In this document: in pieces, positions 9,261 through 19,133 of the stretch | Layout of the letters: each line of letters starts with the position of its first letter | Numbering within the stretch: position 1 is the first letter of the stretch | From: Ilumatobacter sp. | GTDB lineage: Bacteria; Actinomycetota; Acidimicrobiia; Acidimicrobiales; Ilumatobacteraceae | Reading direction: 5' to 3' | NCBI RefSeq assembly: GCF_030065885.1 | Contig: NZ_JASJCS010000008.1 | Span: 12,067 to 76,066 of the forward strand | Length of the DNA stretch: 64,000 bases | Translations under genes and position numbers: made by a program | Notes under the pieces: generated by a model | Seen by the model: only the letters and a program-made list of their open reading frames with translations | Database searches by the model: none | Told to the model about the DNA's origin: nothing

Positions 9261-10043
9261 ATGGGAAGCTCGGCGCAGGCTCGCGGCAGCGACGTCTTCG
9301 TCAGTTACGCCCGCGCTGACGTCGAAGCGGTGACGCTGCTCGCCTCCGATCTGAGGCAGCATGGCTGGACGGTGTGGATGGATGACCGGATCGCCATCGG
9401 ATCCGAGTTCGAGATCGACATCGAGCGCGAGCTCGACAACGCGAAGTGCGTCGTCGTCGTGTGGTCGAATGCCTCCGTGGCGTCGAAGTGGGTCAGGGCC
9501 GAAGCCGCTGCGGCTGACGACCAAGGCAAGCTCGTGCCAGTCCGACTCGCGTCGGACGTGAGCCCACCAATCCGATTCCGCCAGCTGAACACGGCGACGA
9601 TCGTTTCCGGTGAGCCGATCGAGCGTGATGGGGCGTCTGGCGGATTGCTCGCGGAGATCGGACGCCTGACGGGCAGGCTTCCCGCCGGCATCGACGCAAC
9701 GCAGATCGACCGAGGTGCGACGAGGTCCTCAGGGGCGCGGAGAGTCACGTCCGGCACCTGGCGAGTGACGGTTCGGTTCCTCGGCACCAAGGCGCGGTAC
9801 GACCTCGATCTCCGGCCGAACGGGACGGCCACCGGCAAGGGCTCCTGGCTGGTCTCACGGGCGAAACTCGCCGGTCGCTGGAGCTACGACATCGCCAGCC
9901 AACTCTTGCTCCTCCAGCTCTCGGGAGGTATCAGCGACGGGACCGAGGCCATCGAGGTGAGGATCATCGAGTGGATCGACGACAACTCGGCGAGGTGCGA
10001 GTTCGACAACAGGAGAGCCAAGCTCGAACGAATCGTTGGTTGA
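9261..10043 (+). CDS. TIR domain protein with C-terminal beta-rich domain
   Basis: DVFVSYARAD, VWMDDRIAIG, CVVVVWSNASVASKWVRAEA (conserved Glu), KLVPV. Confidence 0.85.
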   Translation: MGSSAQARGSDVFVSYARADVEAVTLLASDLRQHGWTVWMDDRIAIGSEFEIDIERELDNAKCVVVVWSNASVASKWVRAEAAAADDQGKLVPVRLASDVSPPIRFRQLNTATIVSGEPIERDGASGGLLAEIGRLTGRLPAGIDATQIDRGATRSSGARRVTSGTWRVTVRFLGTKARYDLDLRPNGTATGKGSWLVSRAKLAGRWSYDIASQLLLLQLSGGISDGTEAIEVRIIEWIDDNSARCEFDNRRAKLERIVG

Positions 10044-10218
10044 CCCTGGGAAGCGTCGATCCCGACGGAACGATCCGGAGGCTCGATGAGTGACCGGCGG
10101 GCCATGGGGCCAACTGTCTCTGAGTTGACAACTCTGGTCGTCAACTCGCGCTGGTTGGTGTCGGTCGTGACCATCGAGGTCGACAACTGTCGGCAATCCT
10201 CCCCAGCCGTGAGACGCG

Positions 10219-10701
10219 CTATACGCGATACCCGATCGTCCTGAGCAGCTCGAGGCGGGCGGAGACGTCGTCGTCGGTCTCGACGCCGAGCGGGGGTTCG
10301 CCGTCGACCACGCCGACGATGCCGCGGCCCGCGTCGGTCACCGCCACCAGCACTTCGAGCGGGTTGGCGGTCGCACAGATGATGCGGCAGACCTCGGGGA
10401 TCGTGCGCACGTCGTTCATCACGTTGACCGGGTAGCCGTCGCGCAGGAACACGACGAAGCAGTGACCCGACGCGATCGCCAGGACGGCGGCGACTGCGGC
10501 GTCGACCAGCTCGTCGTCGTTGCCCGAGCGGCGGACCAGCCGCGGCCCCGAGGCCTCACTGAACGCCGCGCCGAAGCGGAGGCTCGGCGACGACCCGGCG
10601 AGCCGCTCGTGGAGGTCGACGATCGTCTTGATGAAGTGGGCCTGCCCGACGATCACGTTCGCGTCGGTCGGAATGTCGATGGGGACGGCTTCGAGTTCCA
10701 T
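10219..10701 (-). CDS. Adenosine-specific kinase family protein (DUF355)
   Basis: NVIVGQAHFIKT, FSEASGPRLVR, VCRIICATANP, GIVGVVDG. Confidence 0.85.
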   Translation of the reverse strand: MELEAVPIDIPTDANVIVGQAHFIKTIVDLHERLAGSSPSLRFGAAFSEASGPRLVRRSGNDDELVDAAVAAVLAIASGHCFVVFLRDGYPVNVMNDVRTIPEVCRIICATANPLEVLVAVTDAGRGIVGVVDGEPPLGVETDDDVSARLELLRTIGYRV

Positions 10702-10719
10702 GCCCCCATCCTGAACGCG

Positions 10720-11829
10720 TCAGGGCGCGCCGTCGAGCAGGCCCGTCAACCCGGTCGGCTCGTGCGGCCCGATGACGAGCTGCTCGACGACGCCGACACC
10801 GGTGCGGTCGCCCCACCGCGCCCGCGACAGGGCCTGGATGTGGATCATCGTCGGGTCCGCCGGATTCACGTCGTCGAGGGCGATCTCGTCGCGCGTCGAC
10901 TCGTCGGGCCCGATCCAACTGCCGTGGCGCCACACCGGGTGCTGGTAGCCGATGCCCGACATCTGGAACCGGAGGAACGGCTCGTAGGCGATCTCGACCG
11001 CATCGCCGCCCCACACGCCGAGCCGCGTCGTCAGCCGCTCGGCCCAGCGGGTGCCGGGCTGCCAGTGCAGATCGAACGTCGCCGACTCGCCGCGCTGGAC
11101 CCGACCTGGATCGATCGGATGGTCATCCTCACCCAGCACCGGCACGACCGCGCCGCTCTGGTGCCAGGCCCGGCCGTCCGACTCGTGGTTGACCGCGACG
11201 TAAGTGCAGGCGTCCGCGAAGACCGTCGGCGCCCACAGCCAGAAGAACTGCGGCACCGACGGCGGGCCGGGCGGGCGCTCGCCCACCGGCCGGACACCCC
11301 ACGACCGGTCGCGGGTGCCGACCACCGGCGCCAGCGCGTCGATGTCGACGCGGTCGCCGTCGACGTCGATCCAGCCCTGCCACCGCCCGAACTGGGTCAG
11401 CCGCGTGTAGTCGAACACCGTCCGGTGCCCGCTCTGATGGACGAACCGGGGCTCCTCGATGACCGGCGAGTGCGCGGTCATCGTCAGGTCGGCGGCGACG
11501 CCGTGCCGGTCGTCGACGACGATCCGGTGCCGGCGCATCGGCTCGACGATCTCGACCTGCACGGGCCCGACGGTCGTCGCCGTGCGATCGCCGGGGCACG
11601 CCCGCGACGCCCGCACGTTGTACTGGACGCCGTGGCGTACGACGCTGAACGCCGCATCCATCACGCCGCGGTTGGGATACACGCCGCAGGCGACTGCGAA
11701 GAACACCGCCCCGTCGCGGTCGTAGCCGTTGAAGAAGAACCGGTCGTACGCGTTCGGCGAGTCGGTGGCGACGTGGCTCATGGGTTGCGACGTCTGGTGG
11801 AGCGGGTAGTCGTCGAGCGGGTGGATCAC
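10720..11829 (-). CDS. Conserved actinobacterial hypothetical protein (beta-rich, tocopherol-cyclase-like by inference)
   Basis: DDYPLHQT, YDRFFFNG, GVYPNRGVMDA, GTRDRSWGVRP. Confidence 0.6.
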   Translation of the reverse strand: MIHPLDDYPLHQTSQPMSHVATDSPNAYDRFFFNGYDRDGAVFFAVACGVYPNRGVMDAAFSVVRHGVQYNVRASRACPGDRTATTVGPVQVEIVEPMRRHRIVVDDRHGVAADLTMTAHSPVIEEPRFVHQSGHRTVFDYTRLTQFGRWQGWIDVDGDRVDIDALAPVVGTRDRSWGVRPVGERPPGPPSVPQFFWLWAPTVFADACTYVAVNHESDGRAWHQSGAVVPVLGEDDHPIDPGRVQRGESATFDLHWQPGTRWAERLTTRLGVWGGDAVEIAYEPFLRFQMSGIGYQHPVWRHGSWIGPDESTRDEIALDDVNPADPTMIHIQALSRARWGDRTGVGVVEQLVIGPHEPTGLTGLLDGAP

Positions 11830-11839
11830 GGGTGGCTCC

Positions 11840-12967
11840 TCACAGCTGGTCGATCAGGTCGAGATCGCACATCTGGGCAGCGTGGCGCTCGGCCATCACG
11901 GCGAACATCTCGTCCCCACGCTCGGTCTGCTCGACGACCTGCGAGGCCAGCACCGCCATCAGGTAGCCGCTCGCCGACCCCAGCACGTAGCCCTCCCACA
12001 CGTCGTCGTCGGCGATGCTCACACCGGCGCTGCGCAGCCCGGCGGCGTACCGCCCGACCAGGTCGCGCTCAGCGGCCGCCCGCTGGTCGGGAAGCAGGCC
12101 CGCCCCGCAGAAGTAGGCGACGTCGGCCGGGCCGGTGCCGACCGTCACGGTCTGCCAGTCGACGATCGTGACCCGCGAGTCGCCACCGTGCCCACCATCG
12201 CCCCCACCGAACAGCATGTTGTCGAGGCGGTAGTCACCGTGGGTGACGCACCAGGCGGCGTGCGACGCAGCCCACTCGACGATGCGGTCGGTCAGCCGGC
12301 CGTACCGCTCGATCAGCGCCGCACCGAGATCGACGTCGTCGGATGTCAACCGGCCCGAGAACCGCTCGGCGAATCCGGGATACGTCCCCTGCAACATCGC
12401 CGTGAGGAACGCCGTCCGGTCCGCGCCGGGGAAGCCGAGCCAGCCGAGGCGCCGGTACTCCTCGACCCGCCCCCACGTCGGGGCATGGAGCCCCACCGCC
12501 TCGTCGACGGCCAGCACGGCCTCGTCGACCGAACAGCCACCGAGCTGGTCACCCGGCTCTGCGGGCGCGACGTCCTCCATCAGCAACACGAAGTCGTGCG
12601 TCGCCGGCTCCCAGCCGACGTGCAGGGCCTGCGGGGTGCGGATCGTGACGTCCTGCTGGAGATCGCGATAGAAGCCGACCTCGCGCTGGTACGTGCCGAT
12701 GTCGACCGCCGTCGACCGGCTGACCTCGCTCGGCGACGGGAACTTGCCGACGACGCTGGCGGGACGGTCGGCGTCGTCGCCGGCATCACCGTCGGACCAG
12801 GCCAGGTCGAAGCGCACGTTCTCGCCGACCTGGCCCGTCCCGATCGACCGTGAGCCGACCGCCACGATCTCGGCCCCGAGTCCCACACCGGCCGCATGGA
12901 GCGCTTCGGTCAACCAGGCCGCATCGATGTCGGTCGCGGCACGGATCGGCTCGGACGGACCACCCAC
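11840..12967 (-). CDS. Phosphotransferase (APH/ecdysteroid-kinase-like)
   Basis: REVGFY, HGDYRLDNMLF, VDWQ; start uncertain. Confidence 0.85.
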   Translation of the reverse strand: MGGPSEPIRAATDIDAAWLTEALHAAGVGLGAEIVAVGSRSIGTGQVGENVRFDLAWSDGDAGDDADRPASVVGKFPSPSEVSRSTAVDIGTYQREVGFYRDLQQDVTIRTPQALHVGWEPATHDFVLLMEDVAPAEPGDQLGGCSVDEAVLAVDEAVGLHAPTWGRVEEYRRLGWLGFPGADRTAFLTAMLQGTYPGFAERFSGRLTSDDVDLGAALIERYGRLTDRIVEWAASHAAWCVTHGDYRLDNMLFGGGDGGHGGDSRVTIVDWQTVTVGTGPADVAYFCGAGLLPDQRAAAERDLVGRYAAGLRSAGVSIADDDVWEGYVLGSASGYLMAVLASQVVEQTERGDEMFAVMAERHAAQMCDLDLIDQL

Positions 12968-12994
12968 GGCAGCGAGCCTGGCACACCGCGGCGA

Positions 12995-14191
12995 TCAGAT
13001 CGCCGCCGGGCCGCGGTTCGGACCGAGCGCGAACAGCAGCGCCGCCACCGGCACGGCGCCGAGCACGACCAGCGCCGGCGGGTAGGACCCGAGCGACTCC
13101 TCGACCAGCGTCAGCACGACGGGGCCGATCGCCGACGCGCCCACACCGAACAGCGTCAGCGCACCCTGGATCGAGCCGAGGTGCCCGGTGCCGAACCACG
13201 TCGGCTGGAGCGTGATCGCCGCCGTTCGCACCGCGCCGCCCGCAGCGCCGAGCACGACGGCGTACGCCAGCGCGACCACGCCCGGCGCCGCCACCGCGCC
13301 GAGGAGTTGCGCACCGAGCAGCAGGACCATCGACACCGCCGGCAGGTACCGCGTGCCGATGCGATCGGCCACGTACCCGATCGCCAGGCCGGCGATGGTC
13401 GACCCGAGCACCTGCGGGACGAACAGCGCCGCGGCCGCCGTCTCGGAGAGACCGGCGTCACCGAGCAGGTCGATCTGGTGGAAGTTCATCGCCGTCGACA
13501 TCATCCCCGCTGCCCCCGTGACGGCGGCCAGCATCCAGAACGACGCGGTGCGCATCGCCGCGCCCCGATCGTGCCCCGATCCGGCCGGCTCGGCCGACCC
13601 GCGGCGCCCCGTCGGGAGATCGCGCAGACCGAACAGCGCCATCGGCACGACGACCGCCACGACGACGAGCGCAGCGAGCAGCCAGGCCTGCCGCCAGCCG
13701 ACCGCAGCGATCACGACCGCCAGCACGACCGGCACCAGGGCCATCAGGCCACCCGACACCGTCGTGAAGAGCCCGACGGCCGTGCCGCGCCGGCGCTCGA
13801 ACCGGATCTGCACCGTGACGGTGGCGGCCAGCGAGAGCGACCCCTGCCCGAGGAAGCGGATGCCGGCGAAGCCGACCGCCAGCCAGACCAGGCCGTTGAC
13901 GAGCGACATGTTCACCAACGCCACGCCGAACGCCAGCCCGATCGCGACCTGTGCGACACGCACGCCGCGACGGTCGATGAACCGACCGACGAACGGGAGG
14001 AGCGAAGCGCCGACGAGCGTGCCGACCATGTAGGCCCCACTCACCTCGGACCGGCTGAGCCCGAGATCGTCGACGAAGTGGTCGATGAACACCGACACCC
14101 CGATCGTCTGCCCGGGCCCGGTGAGCGCCGCCGCCAGGATCGCGAGGCCGAGCACGAGCCAGGCGGGCCGGGGACGGGAGCGGCTCGTCAA
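12995..14191 (-). CDS. MFS transporter
   Basis: TGPGQTIGVSVF, GRFIDRRGVR, RFLGQGSL; start uncertain. Confidence 0.8.
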   Translation of the reverse strand: MTSRSRPRPAWLVLGLAILAAALTGPGQTIGVSVFIDHFVDDLGLSRSEVSGAYMVGTLVGASLLPFVGRFIDRRGVRVAQVAIGLAFGVALVNMSLVNGLVWLAVGFAGIRFLGQGSLSLAATVTVQIRFERRRGTAVGLFTTVSGGLMALVPVVLAVVIAAVGWRQAWLLAALVVVAVVVPMALFGLRDLPTGRRGSAEPAGSGHDRGAAMRTASFWMLAAVTGAAGMMSTAMNFHQIDLLGDAGLSETAAAALFVPQVLGSTIAGLAIGYVADRIGTRYLPAVSMVLLLGAQLLGAVAAPGVVALAYAVVLGAAGGAVRTAAITLQPTWFGTGHLGSIQGALTLFGVGASAIGPVVLTLVEESLGSYPPALVVLGAVPVAALLFALGPNRGPAAI

Positions 14192-14232
14192 GCGCGCAAC
14201 GGTAGCGCTGCCGTCTGCGAGATCCGGAGGCG

Positions 14233-15087
14233 TCAGACAGCCATCGGTGACGTCGAACGCACGAGGAGGTAGCCGTCCTCGAGGCGCGGCGGCACGAGCT
14301 CGACGCCCGGCGGAGGGCTCCCGAGACAACGCAGACGGCCGTCGGCCTGCTTCCAGGACGCCCGGATGTCGGGCGGCGGGAAGCCGTCCTGCACCCAGGT
14401 GCACCCGTCCGCACGCGCCGCGAGCTGGGCCGGCGTGCCGTCGAAGCGGATCGCTCCCTCGTCGAGCACGACGACGCGGTCGCACATCGCCGCCTCGTCG
14501 GTCAGATGGGTCGAGATCACGATGGTCATGTCGTGGCGGCGCTCGCCGAGGATCTCGCGCAGGCGGAGCCGCTCGTCGGGGTCGAGGCCGGCGGCCGGCT
14601 CGTCGAGCACCAGCAGCGTGGGCGCTCCGAGCAGCGCACCGGCCAGGCCCAGCCGGCGCTGCATGCCGCCGGAGAGCTCCTCGGTCTTGTCCCCGGCACG
14701 GTCACGCAGACCGACGCGATCGAGCACGTCGAAGACCATCCGGCGCCTGGTCCGTTCCTCCCGGTGCTCCTTGAGCACGGCGAGGTGGTCGAGCGCGTCG
14801 AACACCCGCGTGCCGCGGGCGAACCCGACATCCTGCGGAAGGTAGCCGAGTCGTCGCCGGATCTCGCGATGCTCACGCTCGTGGCCGGGGTCGAGACCGT
14901 CGACGCGAACGCTCCCATGGTTGACACCGAGCACGGTCGCGAGACAGCGCAGCAGCGTCGTCTTGCCCGCACCGTTCGGCCCGAGGACTGCCAGCTGGCC
15001 GCCCTGCGCCATCAGGTCGAGGCCGGCCAGCACCGTCCGCTTCCCGAACGTGCGCGTGATCGCGTCGAGATGGACGTGGGCCGGCAT
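14233..15087 (-). CDS. ABC transporter ATP-binding protein
   Basis: GPNGAGKTT, LSGGM, LDEP, STH. Confidence 0.92.
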   Translation of the reverse strand: MPAHVHLDAITRTFGKRTVLAGLDLMAQGGQLAVLGPNGAGKTTLLRCLATVLGVNHGSVRVDGLDPGHEREHREIRRRLGYLPQDVGFARGTRVFDALDHLAVLKEHREERTRRRMVFDVLDRVGLRDRAGDKTEELSGGMQRRLGLAGALLGAPTLLVLDEPAAGLDPDERLRLREILGERRHDMTIVISTHLTDEAAMCDRVVVLDEGAIRFDGTPAQLAARADGCTWVQDGFPPPDIRASWKQADGRLRCLGSPPPGVELVPPRLEDGYLLVRSTSPMAV

Positions 15088-15794
15088 CACGCGGTCAGCT
15101 CCAGGTGATCGAAGTGGTCGCGTCGCAGCACCACGACGCCGGCCGCGGCGACCGCGATCGACAGCGCGACGACCTGGCCGATGGCCCCGAACGCCGCCAA
15201 CTGGTCGTTGGCCGCGGCCTGGGCGATGAGCACCCCGACCAGCCAGAGCGTCCCGACGAGCGCGGTCGCCCGGCGCGGCGAGAGCACGGTCATCGCCGCC
15301 ACGCTCGACGTCGTCAGCGCGACGCCGGGCAGCATCCACGCCGCAGCCGTCCAGCCGACGTTGGCGCTCAGCAACGAGAGCGCGCCGATCAGCACGATCG
15401 AGACGACCAGGACGGTGGCAGCCCGCAGCGCGAGCAGCCGGATGCCCCGCATCGGGGCGGCGAGGTGTGCCTCGTAGGACGGATCGGCGGCCGTGCCGTA
15501 CGAGAGCGCGACGCCCAGCACCGGCACGAGCGGCGCCAGCACGAGCAGGGCGAACAGGCTGTCGGGATCGCTGCCGTCGGCGTTGCCCAGCCCGACGAGC
15601 ACGGCGACGCCGAGCGACGCGAACCATGCCCGGCGCAGCGCCGGCGAGGCGACGATGAGGCGGGTCACGTTGGACGACATGCCGACACGGCGCAGCACGC
15701 GCTCGACGAACGACGGTCGGGGCGCATCGAGCTCGGCGGTGATCGCCCGCCAGTTGCGGTCGATGCGGGCCTGGTCGACGACGGGAAGGGTCAT
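15087..15794 (-). CDS. Multi-pass membrane protein, putative anti-sigma/permease (zf-HC2-associated family lacking the zinc finger)
   Basis: WRAITAELDAPRPS then ~6 TM segments; coupled to sigma upstream and ABC ATPase downstream. Confidence 0.65.
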   Translation of the reverse strand: MTLPVVDQARIDRNWRAITAELDAPRPSFVERVLRRVGMSSNVTRLIVASPALRRAWFASLGVAVLVGLGNADGSDPDSLFALLVLAPLVPVLGVALSYGTAADPSYEAHLAAPMRGIRLLALRAATVLVVSIVLIGALSLLSANVGWTAAAWMLPGVALTTSSVAAMTVLSPRRATALVGTLWLVGVLIAQAAANDQLAAFGAIGQVVALSIAVAAAGVVVLRRDHFDHLELTA

Positions 15795-16336
15795 GACAGT
15801 GCCTCCTGGAGCGTGTGGCGGGCTCGCATGAGTCGGGTCTTCACGGTGCCCTGCGGCACCCCGAGCAGGTGGGCGGCCTCTTTGGTGCTGAGACCGTCGA
15901 TGGCGGTGGCGACGAGGACGGCGCGCAGGTCGTCGGGCAGCGCCTGCACGGCGGGCCCGACGCTCCCGTACGCGCCGCTGCCGAGCACTGCCTCGTCGAT
16001 CGAATGGTGGTCGGTCAGGTCGGCGACGATCGTCGCCGGATCCACCGGCGCTGCCTTCCTCTTGCGCAGCTGGTCGATCAAGCGGCGGATTGCGATCCCC
16101 CACAGCCACGCGCCGACATCGCCCTCGCTGCGGTACTTCTTGGCCGACTTCCACACCGCGAGGAACGTGTCCTGGACGGCGATGTCGGTGAGGTCGGGGT
16201 CGCCGCAGCGCGACTGCAGTCGGGCGGTCAGCCACTCGGCGTGGCGGCGATAGAGGAGCTCCAGCGCGACGCGGTCACCGCTGGCAACACGTGCCACCAG
16301 GGCGCGGTCTTCGCCTGGATCATCCAACACACCCAT
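15791..16336 (-). CDS. ECF sigma-70 factor
   Basis: LYRRH, VQDTFLAVW, AWLWGIAIRRLID, EAAHLLGVPQGTVKTRLMRAR. Confidence 0.92.
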   Translation of the reverse strand: MGVLDDPGEDRALVARVASGDRVALELLYRRHAEWLTARLQSRCGDPDLTDIAVQDTFLAVWKSAKKYRSEGDVGAWLWGIAIRRLIDQLRKRKAAPVDPATIVADLTDHHSIDEAVLGSGAYGSVGPAVQALPDDLRAVLVATAIDGLSTKEAAHLLGVPQGTVKTRLMRARHTLQEALS

Positions 16337-16628
16337 CCTGTCGTGTCGGAGTGCTCGAACGGTTCATGCCGGCCGCCGGGAGAAGTTGTACCGGACGCCG
16401 CCGCGCTGAGAGCAGCAGCGGCGTCCGGCCAACGGGACGACGCTTCCGCCTTGCGTCGGCCACCAGATAGATCGTCGGGAGGGGCTCCGATCTTGAGCGT
16501 TTTCCGCCTGGTCAGGGGACACTTGAGCGTTTCCAGAGACCTCTGCCTCTGGTGCGCGCGCTCGGCCCCGGCGCATCCTTGACGATGTACGCAGCGCGCC
16601 GATTCCGCTGGGCCGAAAGGAGCCTCCG

Positions 16629-16985
16629 ATGCGCGTCATGACTGCGATCATCTGTGCCGGAACACTCCTCGTGACCGGGGCGTGCGGCGGGGACGACGAG
16701 GGCGACGAGCCCGCCGGCTCCGTCCCCGTGGTGGAGGCCATCGACGACGCGCCGAGCGGCGAGTTCACGTTGGTCGGCCTCCTGTTCGACGACGGCGGCG
16801 GCCTGGTCATGTGCGACGCGCTGGCCGAGTCGTTCCCGCCCCAGTGCCCCGGCGAGCGCGTGGTCATCGCCAACCCCGACGCCGTGACGGCCGACTTCAC
16901 CGAGGCCGAGGGCGTCCGGTGGACCGACAGCCCGGCGTCGCTGCGTGGCACGCTCGTCGACGGCGAGTTCCAAGTGGCCGGCTGA
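16629..16985 (+). CDS. Hypothetical lipoprotein
   Basis: Lipobox VTGAC; CDALAESFPPQC; AAAGGAG RBS. Confidence 0.7.
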   Translation: MRVMTAIICAGTLLVTGACGGDDEGDEPAGSVPVVEAIDDAPSGEFTLVGLLFDDGGGLVMCDALAESFPPQCPGERVVIANPDAVTADFTEAEGVRWTDSPASLRGTLVDGEFQVAG

Positions 16986-17037
16986 GAGCTCGCCGCGACC
17001 CGCTCATCCGTGCGCGACCTGCGCCAGGCCTCACCGG

Positions 17038-18177
17038 TCAGGCGACCGGGAGCCCGAGGCCGCGGGCGATGACCAGGCGCTGGATCTCGCTCGTGCCCTC
17101 GCCGATCTCGAGGATCTTCGCATCGCGGTAGAACCGCGCCATCGGCGTCTCCTCCATGAACCCCATGCCGCCGAGCACCTGGGTGCCGACCCGCACGGCG
17201 TCCATGGCGGCTTCGGTCGAGTAGAGCTTCGCCATCGCCGCCGCCTGGCCGATCGGGCGACCCTGATCCTTCAGCCAGGCCGCCTTGTAGGTCAGGTTGT
17301 GGGCGTTCTCGACCTGCACCGCCAGGTCGGACAGTTGGAAGGCGAGCCCCTGGTTGCGTCCGATCGGCCCGCCGAAGGCCTGCCGCTCCTTGGCGTACTC
17401 GACCGACATCTCGAGCGCCGCGCGGGCACACCCGAGTGCCAGGGCCGAGATGGCGATGCGGCCGTCGTCGAGGATCGTGAGGAAGTTGCGGAAGCCGTCG
17501 CCTGGCTTGCCGAGCAGGTTGGCGTCGGGCACGCGGCAATCGTCGAGGGTGATGCCGTGGGTGTCGGAGGCGTGCCAGCCGAGCTTGTGGTACGCCGGCT
17601 CGATGATCATCCCGGGTGTGCCGGCCGGCACGACGAACGCCGAGATGCCGTCCTCGGTGCGCGCCGTCACGGTCGTCAACGACGTGATCTCGGTACCGCA
17701 GTTCGTGATGAACGCCTTGGACCCGTTGATCACCCAGCTGTCGCCGTCGAGGAAGGCCTTCGTCTTGGTGGCGCCGGCGTCGGAGCCGCCGTCGGGCTCG
17801 GTCAGGCCGAACCCGCCGAGCGCCGTGCCCGCGACGAGGTCGGGCAGCCACTGCGCCTTCTGGTCCTCGTTGCCGAACTGGTAGATCGGGTTGGCGCCGA
17901 GGCCCACGCCGGCCGACAGCGTGATGCCCATCGACTGGTCGACGCGACCGAGCTCTTCGATGGCGACGCACAGAGATGCGAAGTCGCCGCCGGCGCCGCC
18001 GTACTCCTCGGGGAAGACGATGCCGAACAGGCCGAGCTCGCCCATCTGCCTGACGACGTCGACCGGGAAGTGGTGGTCGAGGTCCCACTGGGCGGCGTGT
18101 GGCGCGATCTCGCCCTCGGCGAAGTCGCGGACGGTGGCGCGGAGCATCTCGTGCTCGTCGGTCAGCTCCCAGCTCAT
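17038..18177 (-). CDS. Acyl-CoA dehydrogenase (isovaleryl/short branched-chain type)
   Basis: GLTEPDGGSDA, NGSKAFITN, RQAFG, VLGGMG, EIGEGTSEIQR. Confidence 0.92.
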   Translation of the reverse strand: MSWELTDEHEMLRATVRDFAEGEIAPHAAQWDLDHHFPVDVVRQMGELGLFGIVFPEEYGGAGGDFASLCVAIEELGRVDQSMGITLSAGVGLGANPIYQFGNEDQKAQWLPDLVAGTALGGFGLTEPDGGSDAGATKTKAFLDGDSWVINGSKAFITNCGTEITSLTTVTARTEDGISAFVVPAGTPGMIIEPAYHKLGWHASDTHGITLDDCRVPDANLLGKPGDGFRNFLTILDDGRIAISALALGCARAALEMSVEYAKERQAFGGPIGRNQGLAFQLSDLAVQVENAHNLTYKAAWLKDQGRPIGQAAAMAKLYSTEAAMDAVRVGTQVLGGMGFMEETPMARFYRDAKILEIGEGTSEIQRLVIARGLGLPVA

Positions 18178-18186
18178 GCCGACCAC

Positions 18187-18202
18187 CTTAACGCAGACTA
18201 AG
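18187..18202. promoter_or_regulatory. Putative TetR operator, site 1
   Basis: CTTAACGCAGACTAAG, imperfect palindrome 10 nt upstream of the acyl-CoA dehydrogenase start. Confidence 0.7.
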
Positions 18203-18229
18203 GTCGCTGTCGACCCTCGGCCGGCACCC

Positions 18230-19063
18230 TCACCCGGCGCGCCGCGGCGGGAGTCCCCCTCGGCGGAACTGCTTGTTCGCGTACATCCGGCGATCGGCGC
18301 CGGCGAGCATCGCCGCCGGTGGCGGGTAGTCGCCGTCGAACAGCCGCACCCCGCACGACACGTCGGGAAGGCCGGGGTCGTCGAGGACGCGCCCGACGAC
18401 GGCCTCGATGATCTGTGCGTCGGCACGCTCGACCACGATCGCGAACTCGTCGCCGCCGAGCCGACCGAACGCATCGCTGGCGCGCAGGTGCCTCGACACG
18501 CGGTCGGTGAAGCGGCGGATGAGCGCGTCGCCGGCAGCGTGGCCCTGCTCGTCGTTGACCTGCTTCAGGCCGTCGAGGTCGAGATACACGACCCCGATCG
18601 GCGTCGCGCGCCGCACCGCTCGACGGCGGGCGGTGGTGAGCGCGTCGAGGAAGCCGCGCCGCGACAACACCCCGGTCATGGCATCGACCCGAGACGAGTC
18701 GACCAGCTCGTCGATCCCACGCCTGACGGCGGCGGTGAGCAAGGCGAGCGAGACGAACAGGAGCGCCAGCAACGCCGCGTTCGCGATCACGATGGCCCAC
18801 GTCTCACCGTCGCGAGAGGACGCCCCGACGGCGAAGGCGGCGAGTGCCGCCACCGCGGCGGCGAGCAGGCCCCAATCGTGGGACACGAACCAGGCAGCAG
18901 CCATCACGCACAGCGCGTAGGGCAGGGTCAGCAGCAACCCGGACGGCGCCGCGACGTCGACGGCCACCACGGAGACGAGCGCGAGCAGCACGACGGCGCC
19001 GCGCTGGGCCGGGGGCACGCGGTCGGACCGTTCGGTCAGGTCGAGCAGGACGTCGTACAGCAT
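18230..19063 (-). CDS. Membrane-bound diguanylate cyclase (GGDEF)
   Basis: N-terminal TMs; DLDGLKQVNDEQGHAAGD; RLGGDEF. Confidence 0.9.
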   Translation of the reverse strand: MLYDVLLDLTERSDRVPPAQRGAVVLLALVSVVAVDVAAPSGLLLTLPYALCVMAAAWFVSHDWGLLAAAVAALAAFAVGASSRDGETWAIVIANAALLALLFVSLALLTAAVRRGIDELVDSSRVDAMTGVLSRRGFLDALTTARRRAVRRATPIGVVYLDLDGLKQVNDEQGHAAGDALIRRFTDRVSRHLRASDAFGRLGGDEFAIVVERADAQIIEAVVGRVLDDPGLPDVSCGVRLFDGDYPPPAAMLAGADRRMYANKQFRRGGLPPRRAG

Positions 19064-19133
19064 CGTCGCCCCGACCCTATGGGCTGCGGCGGCCGCGACC
19101 GGGCCAATCGCGTCCGGGCCGATCGTGTCGGGC

